Shown: piece after piece, positions 56,009 to 64,000 of the stretch | Layout: every line of letters begins with the position of its first letter | Numbering within the stretch: position 1 is the first letter of the stretch | NCBI GenBank assembly: GCA_044226465.1 | Contig: JBGAGZ010000024.1 | Span: 3,052-67,051 of the forward strand | Length of the DNA: 64,000 nucleotides | Direction: 5' to 3' | Source: Burkholderiaceae bacterium | GTDB taxonomy: Bacteria; Pseudomonadota; Gammaproteobacteria; Burkholderiales; Burkholderiaceae_C | Translations under genes and position numbers: made by a program | Notes under the pieces: model-generated | What the model saw: only the letters and a program-made list of their open reading frames with translations | The model's database searches: none | Told to the model about the DNA's origin: nothing

Positions 56009-56584
56009 TCAGGCGGCCGCCTCGTCGGCGTGGAACAGGGCGTAGTGCACCGCGCCGGCACGGGCCTGGCGATGCAGGCTCAGGCCAGCCGGCGGTGCGG
56101 GCGCCGGCTCGCCCGACTCGAAGTACACCCAGCCGCCAGGCACCACGGCCTGCGCAGCCGCGACCAGGGCCGCCGGGCCCAGGCCGGCATCGAAGGGCGG
56201 ATCCAGCAACACCAACTCGTAGCGTTGGCGGGCGGCACGCAGCGCAGCCAGGCCGTCGCCGCGCTGCACCCGCAACTGGGTGGCCTTGAGGCGCTCGCGC
56301 GAAGCACTGAGCGAGCGCACCAGGTCAGGGTCCTGCTCGACCAGCAGGGCCTCGGCGGCCCCGCGCGAAGCGGCCTCGAAGCCCAGCGCGCCCGAGCCGG
56401 CGAAGGCATCGAGCACGCGCCAGCCGGTCAAGTCCTGCCCCAGCCAGTTGAACAGGGTCTCGCGCACCCGGTCGGGAGTGGGCCGCAGCCCCGGCCTGTC
56501 GGCCACCGGCAGCAGGCTGCGCCGCCACTGGCCGCCGACGATGCGCACCTCGTGCCGCGCGCCGCCTGGCTTTCTGGTGCTCAC
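56009..56584 (-). CDS. rsmD: 16S rRNA (guanine966-N2)-methyltransferase RsmD
   Basis: 191 aa with [41 protein letters not shown] and LDPPF. The GTG start overlaps the hisF stop. Confidence 0.85.
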   Translation of the reverse strand: MSTRKPGGARHEVRIVGGQWRRSLLPVADRPGLRPTPDRVRETLFNWLGQDLTGWRVLDAFAGSGALGFEAASRGAAEALLVEQDPDLVRSLSASRERLKATQLRVQRGDGLAALRAARQRYELVLLDPPFDAGLGPAALVAAAQAVVPGGWVYFESGEPAPAPPAGLSLHRQARAGAVHYALFHADEAAA

Positions 56585-57360
56585 TGCCGCACCGGCACGC
56601 CGGCAGCGGCCAGCCTGGCCTTGGCTTGCGCCACGGTGAATTCGCCGTAGTGGAAGATGCTTGCCGCCAGCACCGCGTCGGCGCCGCCCACCTGAATCCC
56701 CTCAACCAGGTGCTCGAGCGCGCCTACGCCGCCGGAGGCGATCACCGGCACCGGCACCGCGTCGCTCACCGCGCGGGTCAGTTCCAGGTCGAAGCCGATC
56801 TTGGTGCCGTCGCGGTCCATGCTGGTCAGCAGGATCTCGCCGGCCCCATGCTCGACCATCTGCCGGGCCCAGGCCACGGCGTCCAGGCCGACGTTCTTGC
56901 GGCCGCCGTGGGTGTAGACGTCCCAGCCCGGGCCGCGGGCCGCCAAATCATCACCATGGCGGCGCTTGGCGTCGATGGCCACCACGATGCACTGGGCGCC
57001 GTACTTGTCCGACGCGTCACGGATCACCTGCGGGTTGGCCACCGCCGCCGAGTTGAAGCTGACCTTGTCGGCCCCGGCGTTGAGCAGGCGGCGCACGTCT
57101 TCCACCGTGCGCACGCCGCCACCCACCGTCAGCGGAATGAAGACCTGCGAGGCCACCGCCTCGATGATGTGCAGGATCAGGTCGCGGTTGTCGCTGGTGG
57201 CGGTGATGTCGAGGAAGGTCAACTCGTCGGCGCCCTGCTCGTTGTAGCGCGCGGCGATTTCGACCGGGTCGCCGGCGTCGCGCAGTTCGACGAAGTTGAC
57301 ACCCTTGACGACACGGCCGCCGGTGACGTCCAGGCAGGGAATGATGCGTTTGGCGAGCAT
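56581..57360 (-). CDS. hisF: imidazole glycerol phosphate synthase, cyclase subunit
   Basis: Start [23 protein letters not shown]. 259 aa with TVGGGV and ASGGVG. Confidence 0.9.
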   Translation of the reverse strand: MLAKRIIPCLDVTGGRVVKGVNFVELRDAGDPVEIAARYNEQGADELTFLDITATSDNRDLILHIIEAVASQVFIPLTVGGGVRTVEDVRRLLNAGADKVSFNSAAVANPQVIRDASDKYGAQCIVVAIDAKRRHGDDLAARGPGWDVYTHGGRKNVGLDAVAWARQMVEHGAGEILLTSMDRDGTKIGFDLELTRAVSDAVPVPVIASGGVGALEHLVEGIQVGGADAVLAASIFHYGEFTVAQAKARLAAAGVPVRQ

Positions 57361-57419
57361 GCGGGCATCCAGTGCGTTTGAGTTCGCACAGCCGGCGCAC
57401 GGCCGGCTGCGACATGACA

Positions 57420-58736
57420 CTAGCGGATTTTCCAGACTTCGTACCCGGCAGCGCCGTCCAGGACCACCATTCCGAACAGGCGTCCATTCGCTGCCGCAAT
57501 CGCTTTGAATCGGCTGGGAAGCGCAGCCCCGGGAGCAGGCTTGATTCGGCGAGGGTACGCCATGGCGTCCTCGCCCACGATCACGTCGGACAGCGCCATG
57601 TCGGTCGGCGCGTTGCGGCGCTCACCCATCACCCACTGGCGTGTTCCGTCGGAAGCGCACGTCTCGGGAAAGGCCACGTACGAGCGCCAGGGCCAGGCGT
57701 CGGACACCGATCCGGCGGGCGTCTGCAACTTCCCGCCGCCAATGCGCCACTCCTGCCCGGTCCTTCCAAGGCAGAACTCTTGTCCGTTGTAGAAATAGTC
57801 ACCACTGGTGGTCGTCTGCTTGTGCCAGGTCAGGCCCTTGTCCTGAGAAGTCCAGAGCGCCATGCCATCCTCCTCGGGAAACGCAACCCCCATTGGCCCG
57901 CCTGGGGCCACGTAAAAGCCGGATCCGGGCGGCAAAGCGAAGGGCAGACTGCCGTTCCGCAGCGCCCATCGGGTGCCATCGAATTGGTACAGCCGGCTGG
58001 AGACCTGGTCAGCGCCGTTCGTGCCCCCCGTGTCGAGCACGAATACTTCCGCTCCCACGGCGGAGAGCAGAAACTGCCCGTCGTACATCGAATCGCCGCG
58101 GACAGTGATCAATCCACCGGCGTCGTCGGCGGTCCAAGTGGCGCCCTCGTCGTCGCTACGGAACAAACGGTAGTGGCGCAAGGGCAGATCATGTTCGTCG
58201 CTCTCAACGTATTCGCCGAGCCACAGCCGGAGCGAGCCGTTGACGACCGTTGCCGAGAGGCGGGGCGACACCCCGTATCGGGCAGCGGGCACCATGGCCG
58301 GCAGCTTGGCGGGCGAAGCCTCGTCGGCCTGTCGACCGATGGGCTGGATCACCAGGGTCAACGACGTGGAAACGACACCGGTGGCATTCGGGTGGACCGT
58401 TACCGGGTACTCGCCCGCGGCGGTCGGGGTGCCGGAGATTCGCCCAGAGCCGCTGTCGAATTTGACACCTGGAGGCAATGTGCCTTCCAGCTTGTGCGAC
58501 AGCGAACAGCCCGAGGCCACGTGGGCTGCCAGCGTGAGGTCAACCGGTTCGCCGATCTCTCCCTCCACATCGGACGATCCACCGTACCCGTAGCTGTCGT
58601 AGACCGTCTCGCCGCCACTGCATCCGCCACCGCCGCCGCAAGCCACCAGGCTCACTGCCGCGACAGCCGCGAAAACCATCGACACAAGCACTGCCGCGCG
58701 CGTGGCACACCACCCGCGTCCGTTCCTCTCCCTCAT
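57420..58736 (-). CDS. lipoprotein with putative Ig-like (He_PIG-type) domain and BNR/Asp-box beta-propeller
   Basis: Start [33 protein letters not shown] (lipobox). The motif [30 protein letters not shown] is Ig-like. Two Asp-boxes are present, SDDEGATW and [10 protein letters not shown] is lower than the flanks (36/60 at 57421-57480). Confidence 0.6.
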   Translation of the reverse strand: MRERNGRGWCATRAAVLVSMVFAAVAAVSLVACGGGGGCSGGETVYDSYGYGGSSDVEGEIGEPVDLTLAAHVASGCSLSHKLEGTLPPGVKFDSGSGRISGTPTAAGEYPVTVHPNATGVVSTSLTLVIQPIGRQADEASPAKLPAMVPAARYGVSPRLSATVVNGSLRLWLGEYVESDEHDLPLRHYRLFRSDDEGATWTADDAGGLITVRGDSMYDGQFLLSAVGAEVFVLDTGGTNGADQVSSRLYQFDGTRWALRNGSLPFALPPGSGFYVAPGGPMGVAFPEEDGMALWTSQDKGLTWHKQTTTSGDYFYNGQEFCLGRTGQEWRIGGGKLQTPAGSVSDAWPWRSYVAFPETCASDGTRQWVMGERRNAPTDMALSDVIVGEDAMAYPRRIKPAPGAALPSRFKAIAAANGRLFGMVVLDGAAGYEVWKIR

Positions 58737-58941
58737 GAATCCCTCTCCTGGTTTCAATTTCCGGCGTTGTCCCGGATCTTTGCCGGGCAGTCACACCCAG
58801 CTGACAGCGAATTCTAAGTTGCTGGGTCATTGCTTTCGCCGCGCGCCCCAATCACAGCCGGCTGTTACCACCGCGAGGCGAGGCCTCTGAAAAATGCATC
58901 GTCCCGGTGCACCCGCCCCGGGCTCACCCAAGGAGACTGCG

Positions 58942-59520
58942 ATGGCCAAGAAGATCCTGATGTTGTGCGGCGATTTCGGCGAAGACTACGAGACCATGGT
59001 GCCCTTCCAGGCCCTGCAGGCGGTGGGCCACACCGTGCATGCCGTGGCGCCGGACAAGAAAGCCGGCGACTGGGTGCACACGGCCATCCACGACTTCGAC
59101 GGCGCTCAGACCTACAGCGAGAAGCCGGGCCACCGCTTCACGTTGAACGCCAACTTCGCCGACATCAAGCCCGAGAGCTACGACGCCCTGGTCGTGCCCG
59201 GTGGCCGGGCCCCCGAATACCTGCGCATGAACAGCCGCGTGGTCGAGATCGCACGCCACTTCCTGAAGGCCGACAAGCCGGTGGCCGCCATCTGCCACGG
59301 CGCGCAGCTGTTGGCCGCCACGGGCCTGATCAAGGGCCGCCGCGTCTCGGCCTACCCGGCCTGCCAGGTCGAGGTGGAACTGGCCGGCGCCGAGTACTGC
59401 GGCATCGCGGTGGACGCCGCCGTGACCGACGGCAAGCTGGTCACCGCGCCGGCCTGGCCCGCCCACCCGGCCTGGATCGGCCAGTTCCTGGCGGTACTGG
59501 GCACGCGCATCGAGGCTTGA
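58942..59520 (+). CDS. DJ-1/PfpI family protein
   Basis: Start [17 protein letters not shown] with SD AAGGAGA. 192 aa. Nucleophile elbow [10 protein letters not shown]. Confidence 0.85.
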   Translation: MAKKILMLCGDFGEDYETMVPFQALQAVGHTVHAVAPDKKAGDWVHTAIHDFDGAQTYSEKPGHRFTLNANFADIKPESYDALVVPGGRAPEYLRMNSRVVEIARHFLKADKPVAAICHGAQLLAATGLIKGRRVSAYPACQVEVELAGAEYCGIAVDAAVTDGKLVTAPAWPAHPAWIGQFLAVLGTRIEA

Positions 59521-59581
59521 GGCTTCGGGCAGGCGGGTCTACATTGGCAGCCCGTCCGCCACTTCCCACGCGAGGCACGCG

Positions 59582-60019
59582 ATGTGCGAAATCTTCATCA
59601 GCGCCGACCCGGACAGCTACGACAGCCGCACCCGCTCGGTGCGGCTGCATGGCGTGGTCACCAGCATCCGTCTGGAGAACCTGTTCTGGGCGGTGCTCGA
59701 AGAGATTGCCGAGCGTGACGGCATGGGCGTGGTGCAGCTGATCGAGAAGCTCTACGACGAGTTGATCGAGGCGCGGGGCGAGGCTGGCAACTTCGCTTCG
59801 TTCCTGCGCGTCAGCGCGCTGCGCTACGAGGCGATGCTGGCGCACCAGCGCATCCCCATGGACCGAGAGGTGTCGATCCGCTCGCTGGACCCGCACACCG
59901 TGCTGCACGCGCTGCCGGCCGGTTGGGGCCGGGCGGCAGCGGCGCCGGCCGCTCAGCCCGCCGCAGCCAGCTCGTCCGCGCGGGCCTGGGCAACGGCGAA
60001 ATCCAGCGCGCCTGTGTAG
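59582..60019 (+). CDS. ribbon-helix-helix (RHH_4-like) domain protein; C-terminal ~55 aa uncertain
   Basis: [48 protein letters not shown]... matches the RHH_4 pattern I recall. The last 66 nt overlap hisA on the opposite strand. Confidence 0.55.
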   Translation: MCEIFISADPDSYDSRTRSVRLHGVVTSIRLENLFWAVLEEIAERDGMGVVQLIEKLYDELIEARGEAGNFASFLRVSALRYEAMLAHQRIPMDREVSIRSLDPHTVLHALPAGWGRAAAAPAAQPAAASSSARAWATAKSSAPV

Positions 60020-60699
60020 ATTGAGCGGCCGCAGATCACGCCCTCGACACCCTCGTGCTCGACGGCACACAGCGCCTCGATGTCGGCGATGTTCGACAGG
60101 CCGCCCGAGGCAATGACGGGAATCGTCAGCGCCTGCGCCAACTTGACCGTGGCCTCGATGTTGATGCCGGTGAGCATGCCGTCGCGGCCGATGTCGGTGT
60201 AGATCACGCCCTCGACGCCGTAGTCTTCGAACTTCTTGGCCAGGTCGACCACCTCGTGGCCGGTCAGCTTGCTCCAGCCGTCGGTGGCGACCTTGCCGTC
60301 CTTCGCGTCCAGGCCGACGATGATGTGGCCACCGAAGGCGGTGCAGGCGTCGCGCAGGAAGCCGGGGTTCTTGACCGCGGCGGTGCCGATGATCACGTAG
60401 CTCAGACCGTCGTCGAGGTAGCGCTCAATCGTGTCCAGGTCGCGGATGCCGCCACCCAGTTGCACCGGGATCTCGTCGCCCACCGCCTTGAGGATGGCCT
60501 TGATCGCCGGCTCGTTGACCGGCTTGCCGGCGAAGGCGCCGTTCAGGTCGACGAGGTGCAGGCGGCGCGCCCCGGCCTCCAGCCAGCGCCTGGCCATGGC
60601 GGCAGGGTCTTCGCCAAAGGTGGTGGAGGCTTGCATGTCACCTTGTTGCAGGCGAACGCAATGGCCGTCTTTCAGGTCGATCGCGGGGATCAGCAGCAT
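59953..60699 (-). CDS. hisA: 1-(5-phosphoribosyl)-5-[(5-phosphoribosylamino)methylideneamino]imidazole-4-carboxamide isomerase
   Basis: 248 aa starting [17 protein letters not shown], with GGGIRD and ASGGLS. Confidence 0.9.
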   Translation of the reverse strand: MLLIPAIDLKDGHCVRLQQGDMQASTTFGEDPAAMARRWLEAGARRLHLVDLNGAFAGKPVNEPAIKAILKAVGDEIPVQLGGGIRDLDTIERYLDDGLSYVIIGTAAVKNPGFLRDACTAFGGHIIVGLDAKDGKVATDGWSKLTGHEVVDLAKKFEDYGVEGVIYTDIGRDGMLTGINIEATVKLAQALTIPVIASGGLSNIADIEALCAVEHEGVEGVICGRSIYTGALDFAVAQARADELAAAG

Positions 60700-60793
60700 G
60701 GCTGGTCAGACACAGGTGGGATTCAAGGGCTGGGCGCGGGGCGGAGGCGGCGTGTCGAGGCCGATCGCTCGGCCGCCGGCAGGGCAAGGCGGA

Positions 60794-61450
60794 TCACGGG
60801 TTCCAGTGCAGGAAGTTGCGATACAGGGCCAAGCCGTGCGCGGCGCTTTTCTCCGGGTGAAACTGCGTCGCAAAAATATTATCCCGGGCCACCGCGCAGG
60901 TAAAGCGCAGTCCGTAGTCCGTGGTGCCTGCGCTGTGGCGCTGGTCAGACGGTTGGGCGTAGTAGCTGTGCACGAAATAGAAGCAGGCTTCGTCTGGCAC
61001 GCCGGCCCAGATCGGGTGAACGGCGCCGCTTACAGCCTCCTGCCGCACCTGGTTCCAGCCCATCTGGGGCACCTTGTAGCGGCTGCCGTCCGGCTGCAGC
61101 TGCCCTTCGAGCTGAAAGCGCTTCACCCGGCCCGGCACCAGGCTCAGTCCAGGGGTGTCCTGCTCTTCCGAATGGTCCAGCAGCATCTGCATGCCCACGC
61201 ACACGCCCATCAGCGGCTTGCTGGCAGCCGCTTCGAGCACCGCTTCTTTCAGGCCGGAATCGTGCAGCTCGCGCATGCAGTCGCGCATCGCGCCCTGGCC
61301 GGGCAGCACGATGCGCTCGGCGGCGCGCACTTCTTCAGGCTTGGAGGTGACGATGACCTCGACGCCCTCGCCCACGGCCACATGCATCACCGCCTGCGAC
61401 ACCGAGCGCAGGTTGCCCATGCCGTAGTCGACCACCGCGACGGTTCGCAT
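60794..61450 (-). CDS. hisH: imidazole glycerol phosphate synthase, glutaminase subunit
   Basis: Start [17 protein letters not shown]. Contains GVCVGMQ and QFHPEKS. The ATG overlaps the hisB stop (ATGA). Confidence 0.9.
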   Translation of the reverse strand: MRTVAVVDYGMGNLRSVSQAVMHVAVGEGVEVIVTSKPEEVRAAERIVLPGQGAMRDCMRELHDSGLKEAVLEAAASKPLMGVCVGMQMLLDHSEEQDTPGLSLVPGRVKRFQLEGQLQPDGSRYKVPQMGWNQVRQEAVSGAVHPIWAGVPDEACFYFVHSYYAQPSDQRHSAGTTDYGLRFTCAVARDNIFATQFHPEKSAAHGLALYRNFLHWNP

Positions 61451-62049
61451 CACAGGGTTCCCTTGGTCGACGGGATCACGCCCGCCGAGCGCGGGTCCAG
61501 CGTCATCGCCATGCGCAGGGCGCGGCCGAAGGCCTTGAAGATGGTCTCGCACTGGTGGTGTGCGTTGTGGCCCTTCAGGTTGTCGATGTGCAGGCTCACC
61601 AGCGCGTGGTTCGAGAAGCCCTGGAAGAACTCGTAGGCCAGCTGGGTGTCGAACGCGCCGACCATGCCGGCCTTGAAGTCCACCGCCATGGCCAGGCCCG
61701 GGCGGCCGGAAAAATCGACCACCACCCGCGACAAGGCCTCGTCCAGCGGCACGTAGGCGTGGCCGTAGCGCGTGAGACCTTTCTTGTCGCCCACGGCCTG
61801 GGCCACGGCCATGCCGAGCGTGATGCCCACGTCTTCGACCGTGTGGTGACCGTCGATGTGCAGGTCGCCCTGGGCCTCGATATCGAGGTCGATCAGGCCG
61901 TGGCGAGCGATCTGGTCCAGCATGTGGTCGAAGAAACCGATGCCGGTGGCCAGCTGGGCCTGGCCACTGCCATCCAGGTTCACGCGCACACGGATCTGGG
62001 TTTCCTTGGTGTCGCGGCGCACTTCCGCGATGCGTTGCTCGGTGGTCAT
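61450..62049 (-). CDS. hisB: imidazoleglycerol-phosphate dehydratase
   Basis: 199 aa with [19 protein letters not shown] and GHHTVED. Confidence 0.9.
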   Translation of the reverse strand: MTTEQRIAEVRRDTKETQIRVRVNLDGSGQAQLATGIGFFDHMLDQIARHGLIDLDIEAQGDLHIDGHHTVEDVGITLGMAVAQAVGDKKGLTRYGHAYVPLDEALSRVVVDFSGRPGLAMAVDFKAGMVGAFDTQLAYEFFQGFSNHALVSLHIDNLKGHNAHHQCETIFKAFGRALRMAMTLDPRSAGVIPSTKGTL

Positions 62050-63140
62050 GCAGTGAGCTCGTCGAGGGCGCCGCGCAGCGCGGCCAGGGTCTGTGGATTC
62101 TCTTCCGGCGTGCCGATGGTGATGCGCAGGCAGCCGGCGAGCAAGGGGTGCAGGCCGGACACGTTCTTGACCAGCACGCCGCGGGCCTTCATGCCGGCGA
62201 AAACGCGGGCGGCGTCCGGCACACGCACCAGGATCATGTTCGCCTCGCTCGGGAAGGGCGTGATGCCCGGCAACGCCGCCAGCGCGTCGAACAGCTGGGC
62301 ACGCTCGGCACGGATCACCGCCGCCTGCCGCGCATATTCGTCGACATGCTCCAGCGCGAAGAGCGCCGCCTCGCAGTTGAGCACGCTGACGTTGAACGGC
62401 GGGCGCAGCTTGTCCAGCTCGGCGATCAGCGGCGCCCGGCCAATCAGGTAGCCGATGCGCACGCCGGCCAGGCCGAACTTGCTCATGGTGCGCATCAGCA
62501 GCACGTGGTCGTAGCGCTTCAGGCGCTCGAGCGAATCTCGCGAGGCGAACGGCTGGTAGGCCTCGTCCATCACCACCAGGCCGGGCGCAGCCTCGATGAT
62601 GGCGTCGATCACGCCGTCGTCCCAGAGATTGGCGGTGGGGTTGTTCGGGTAGGCCAGGTAGACCAGGGCCGGCTGGTGCTGCCGAACAGCCGCCAGCACC
62701 GCCGGGCCGTCCAGCGCGAAGTTGGGCGTGGTCGGCACGCCGACGAAGCGCAAGCCTTGCAGCTTGGCCGACATCTCGTACATCACGAAGCCTGGCAGCG
62801 GGGCCAGCACCACGTTGCCCGGCACGTCCGCCGCCAGCGCCAACAGGCTGATCAGCTCGTCCGAGCCGTTGCCCAGCATGATGTCGCAGCCTTCGGGCAT
62901 GCGGGCGTGCCGGGCCAGCTCGGCGCGCAGCAGGTCGCCGCGCTCGGCGGGGTAGCGGTTCAACGCCACCTCGGCCAACCGCTCGCCAAGCGCACGGCGC
63001 AGGTCCGGCGGCAGGCGGAACGGGTTCTCCATCGTGTCGACCTTGATGAAGCCGGCACTCGGCTGCACCGCGTAGCCATGCATGCCTTGCACGTCGGCGC
63101 GCAGGTAACGGGTCATGCGGTCGGAAAGGATCGTGGTCAT
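62046..63140 (-). CDS. hisC: histidinol-phosphate aminotransferase
   Basis: Start [25 protein letters not shown]. 364 aa. PLP lysine context [18 protein letters not shown] 62046..63365 is an artefactual extension caused by the 140-bp duplication. Confidence 0.9.
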   Translation of the reverse strand: MTTILSDRMTRYLRADVQGMHGYAVQPSAGFIKVDTMENPFRLPPDLRRALGERLAEVALNRYPAERGDLLRAELARHARMPEGCDIMLGNGSDELISLLALAADVPGNVVLAPLPGFVMYEMSAKLQGLRFVGVPTTPNFALDGPAVLAAVRQHQPALVYLAYPNNPTANLWDDGVIDAIIEAAPGLVVMDEAYQPFASRDSLERLKRYDHVLLMRTMSKFGLAGVRIGYLIGRAPLIAELDKLRPPFNVSVLNCEAALFALEHVDEYARQAAVIRAERAQLFDALAALPGITPFPSEANMILVRVPDAARVFAGMKARGVLVKNVSGLHPLLAGCLRITIGTPEENPQTLAALRGALDELTA

Positions 63141-63360
63141 GGGGGCGTGGGCGACGGCTCGTCGAGCACCTCGGGGCCGACGAGAAAGGGGTTGAGGATC
63201 TGCACGCTGTCGATCTGCTGCATGCCTTGCACGTCGGCGCGCAGGTAACGGGTCATGCGGTCGGAAAGGATCGTGGTCATGGGGGCGTGGGCGACGGCTC
63301 GTCGAGCACCTCGGGGCCGACGAGAAAGGGGTTGAGGATCTGCACGCTGTCGATCTGCTG
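63081..63360. repeat. perfect 140-bp tandem duplication (2 copies) spanning the vapC 3' end and hisC 5' end
   Basis: 63081-63220 and 63221-63360 are identical base for base. Each copy holds the last 27 codons plus stop of vapC and the first 20 codons of hisC. Confidence 0.95.
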
Positions 63361-63744
63361 GCCATGCGGCAGGTCTTCCGTCAGCACGTAGCGGCAGGCC
63401 TGGTGGACGGCGGCGGCAACGACCAGCGCGTCCCACCAGTTCACCTGGAAACGCGCCTCGACCGCCCAGGCCGTCTCGACCGTCTGGTGGTCGATGGCCC
63501 AGGGCTTCCAGTGCTGGTAGCGGCGCACCTCGGCCCGGGCGTCGCCCTGCGGCATGGGTGGCCGCAGCCGCCGGGTGGCGTTGGCGTAGTACTCGTTGAG
63601 CACCTGGGTGGACAAGCGGCCGCAGCGCCGCATCCACAAGGCCGCCAGCCAGGCCCGCGCGCGGGCGTGCTTGTCCGCATCCGCCAGATCGTCCGCGCAG
63701 AGCAGGACGCTGGTGTCAACGAAGACGGTCGGGGCGCTCGGCAT
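63277..63744 (-). CDS. vapC: PIN-domain toxin (VapC-like)
   Basis: Start MPSAPTVFVDTSVLL (PIN motif 1, acidic D). Later WDALVVAAA and LTED acidic residues. 155 aa. It overlaps the antitoxin gene by 29 nt. Confidence 0.7.
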   Translation of the reverse strand: MPSAPTVFVDTSVLLCADDLADADKHARARAWLAALWMRRCGRLSTQVLNEYYANATRRLRPPMPQGDARAEVRRYQHWKPWAIDHQTVETAWAVEARFQVNWWDALVVAAAVHQACRYVLTEDLPHGQQIDSVQILNPFLVGPEVLDEPSPTPP

Positions 63745-63961
63745 AGATCTCGTCGCGCTTCGGGCCGCCGACACCGTCCGACTGGTAGCTGGGCATGCGC
63801 TGCAGCCACTCGTTCATCGCCCGCTCGTAGGCGTCGTCATGGCGCATCTTCTCTGCCAGCATCTCGCCGATCAGGCGCGAGACGCTGGTGTTGCGACGCG
63901 CCGCCTCCATGCGCGCCCAGTCGGCCACGGCGTCTTCCATGGTGACGGTGACGTTCTTCAT
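63716..63961 (-). CDS. vapB: RHH/CopG-like antitoxin (VapB-like)
   Basis: 81 aa. MKNVTVTMEDAVADWARMEAARRNTSVSRLIGEML is a ribbon-helix-helix pattern. Located directly upstream of the PIN gene. Confidence 0.6.
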   Translation of the reverse strand: MKNVTVTMEDAVADWARMEAARRNTSVSRLIGEMLAEKMRHDDAYERAMNEWLQRMPSYQSDGVGGPKRDEIYAERPDRLR

Positions 63962-63971
63962 GGCGCCATTC

Positions 63972-63988
63972 TACACGAATTTCGTGTA
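63972..63988. promoter_or_regulatory. perfect palindrome TACACGAA-T-TTCGTGTA upstream of vapB (candidate antitoxin operator), with a third half-site ACACGAA at 63990-63996
   Basis: Located 11 nt upstream of the vapB start codon. TA operons are typically autoregulated through such palindromes. Confidence 0.45.
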
Positions 63989-64000
63989 ACACGAACTTCG

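Overview
High-GC chromosomal segment. Hand counts give 44/60 G+C in a housekeeping stretch. Gene content and synteny look betaproteobacterial and Burkholderiales-like (Bug/TctC binding protein; mutM | TPR-lolB-ispE-tRNA-Gln-prs-rplY-pth block; hrcA | nadK-recN).

Left to right:
1. A protocatechuate 4,5-cleavage operon: MFS transporter, ligJ, ligK, a disrupted oxidoreductase, ligI, ligA, ligB, ligC. It is followed by a TRAP transporter, an aldo/keto reductase and a Bug-family binding protein.
2. Accessory genes: phytase-like esterase, DUF599, GNAT, a degenerate Mrr-like nuclease domain, a LysR-linked second LigAB-type dioxygenase, and a secreted S8 protease.
3. A tandem glycine riboswitch in front of a DadA-type FAD oxidoreductase.
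4. The aerobic benzoyl-CoA (box) cluster: hydrolase, bclA, DUF4863-like | boxR, boxC, boxB, boxA.
5. adhC, a small ORF, a four-gene HlyD/ABC/FtsX-FtsX exporter, and tRNA(CAU).
6. A housekeeping block: hrcA | nadK-recN-rapZ-LON-domain | mutY-dynamin-mutM | TPR-lolB-ispE-tRNA-Gln-prs-rplY, then an insert (metalloprotease, ald, ArgP-like LysR), then pth.
7. yfhL-coaD-rsmD-hisF, a lower-GC island, hisA-hisH-hisB-hisC, and a vapBC toxin-antitoxin pair.

I saw no rRNA, CRISPR array, transposase, integrase or phage genes, and I did not find a convincing multi-gene novel defence system.

The most noteworthy items:
- A solitary dynamin-like GTPase is translationally coupled between the two 8-oxoG glycosylase genes mutM and mutY.
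- A glycine riboswitch controls a DadA-like enzyme rather than gcv genes.
- There are four very clean small structural lesions: perfect tandem duplications of 25, 60 and 140 bp, and one out-of-frame internal deletion. They alter a small ORF, the benzoate-CoA ligase, the vapC/hisC junction and a lig-cluster oxidoreductase.
- The his operon is interrupted by a lower-GC island and by vapBC.

All family assignments come from reading the translations and recalling family signatures. No searches were run.
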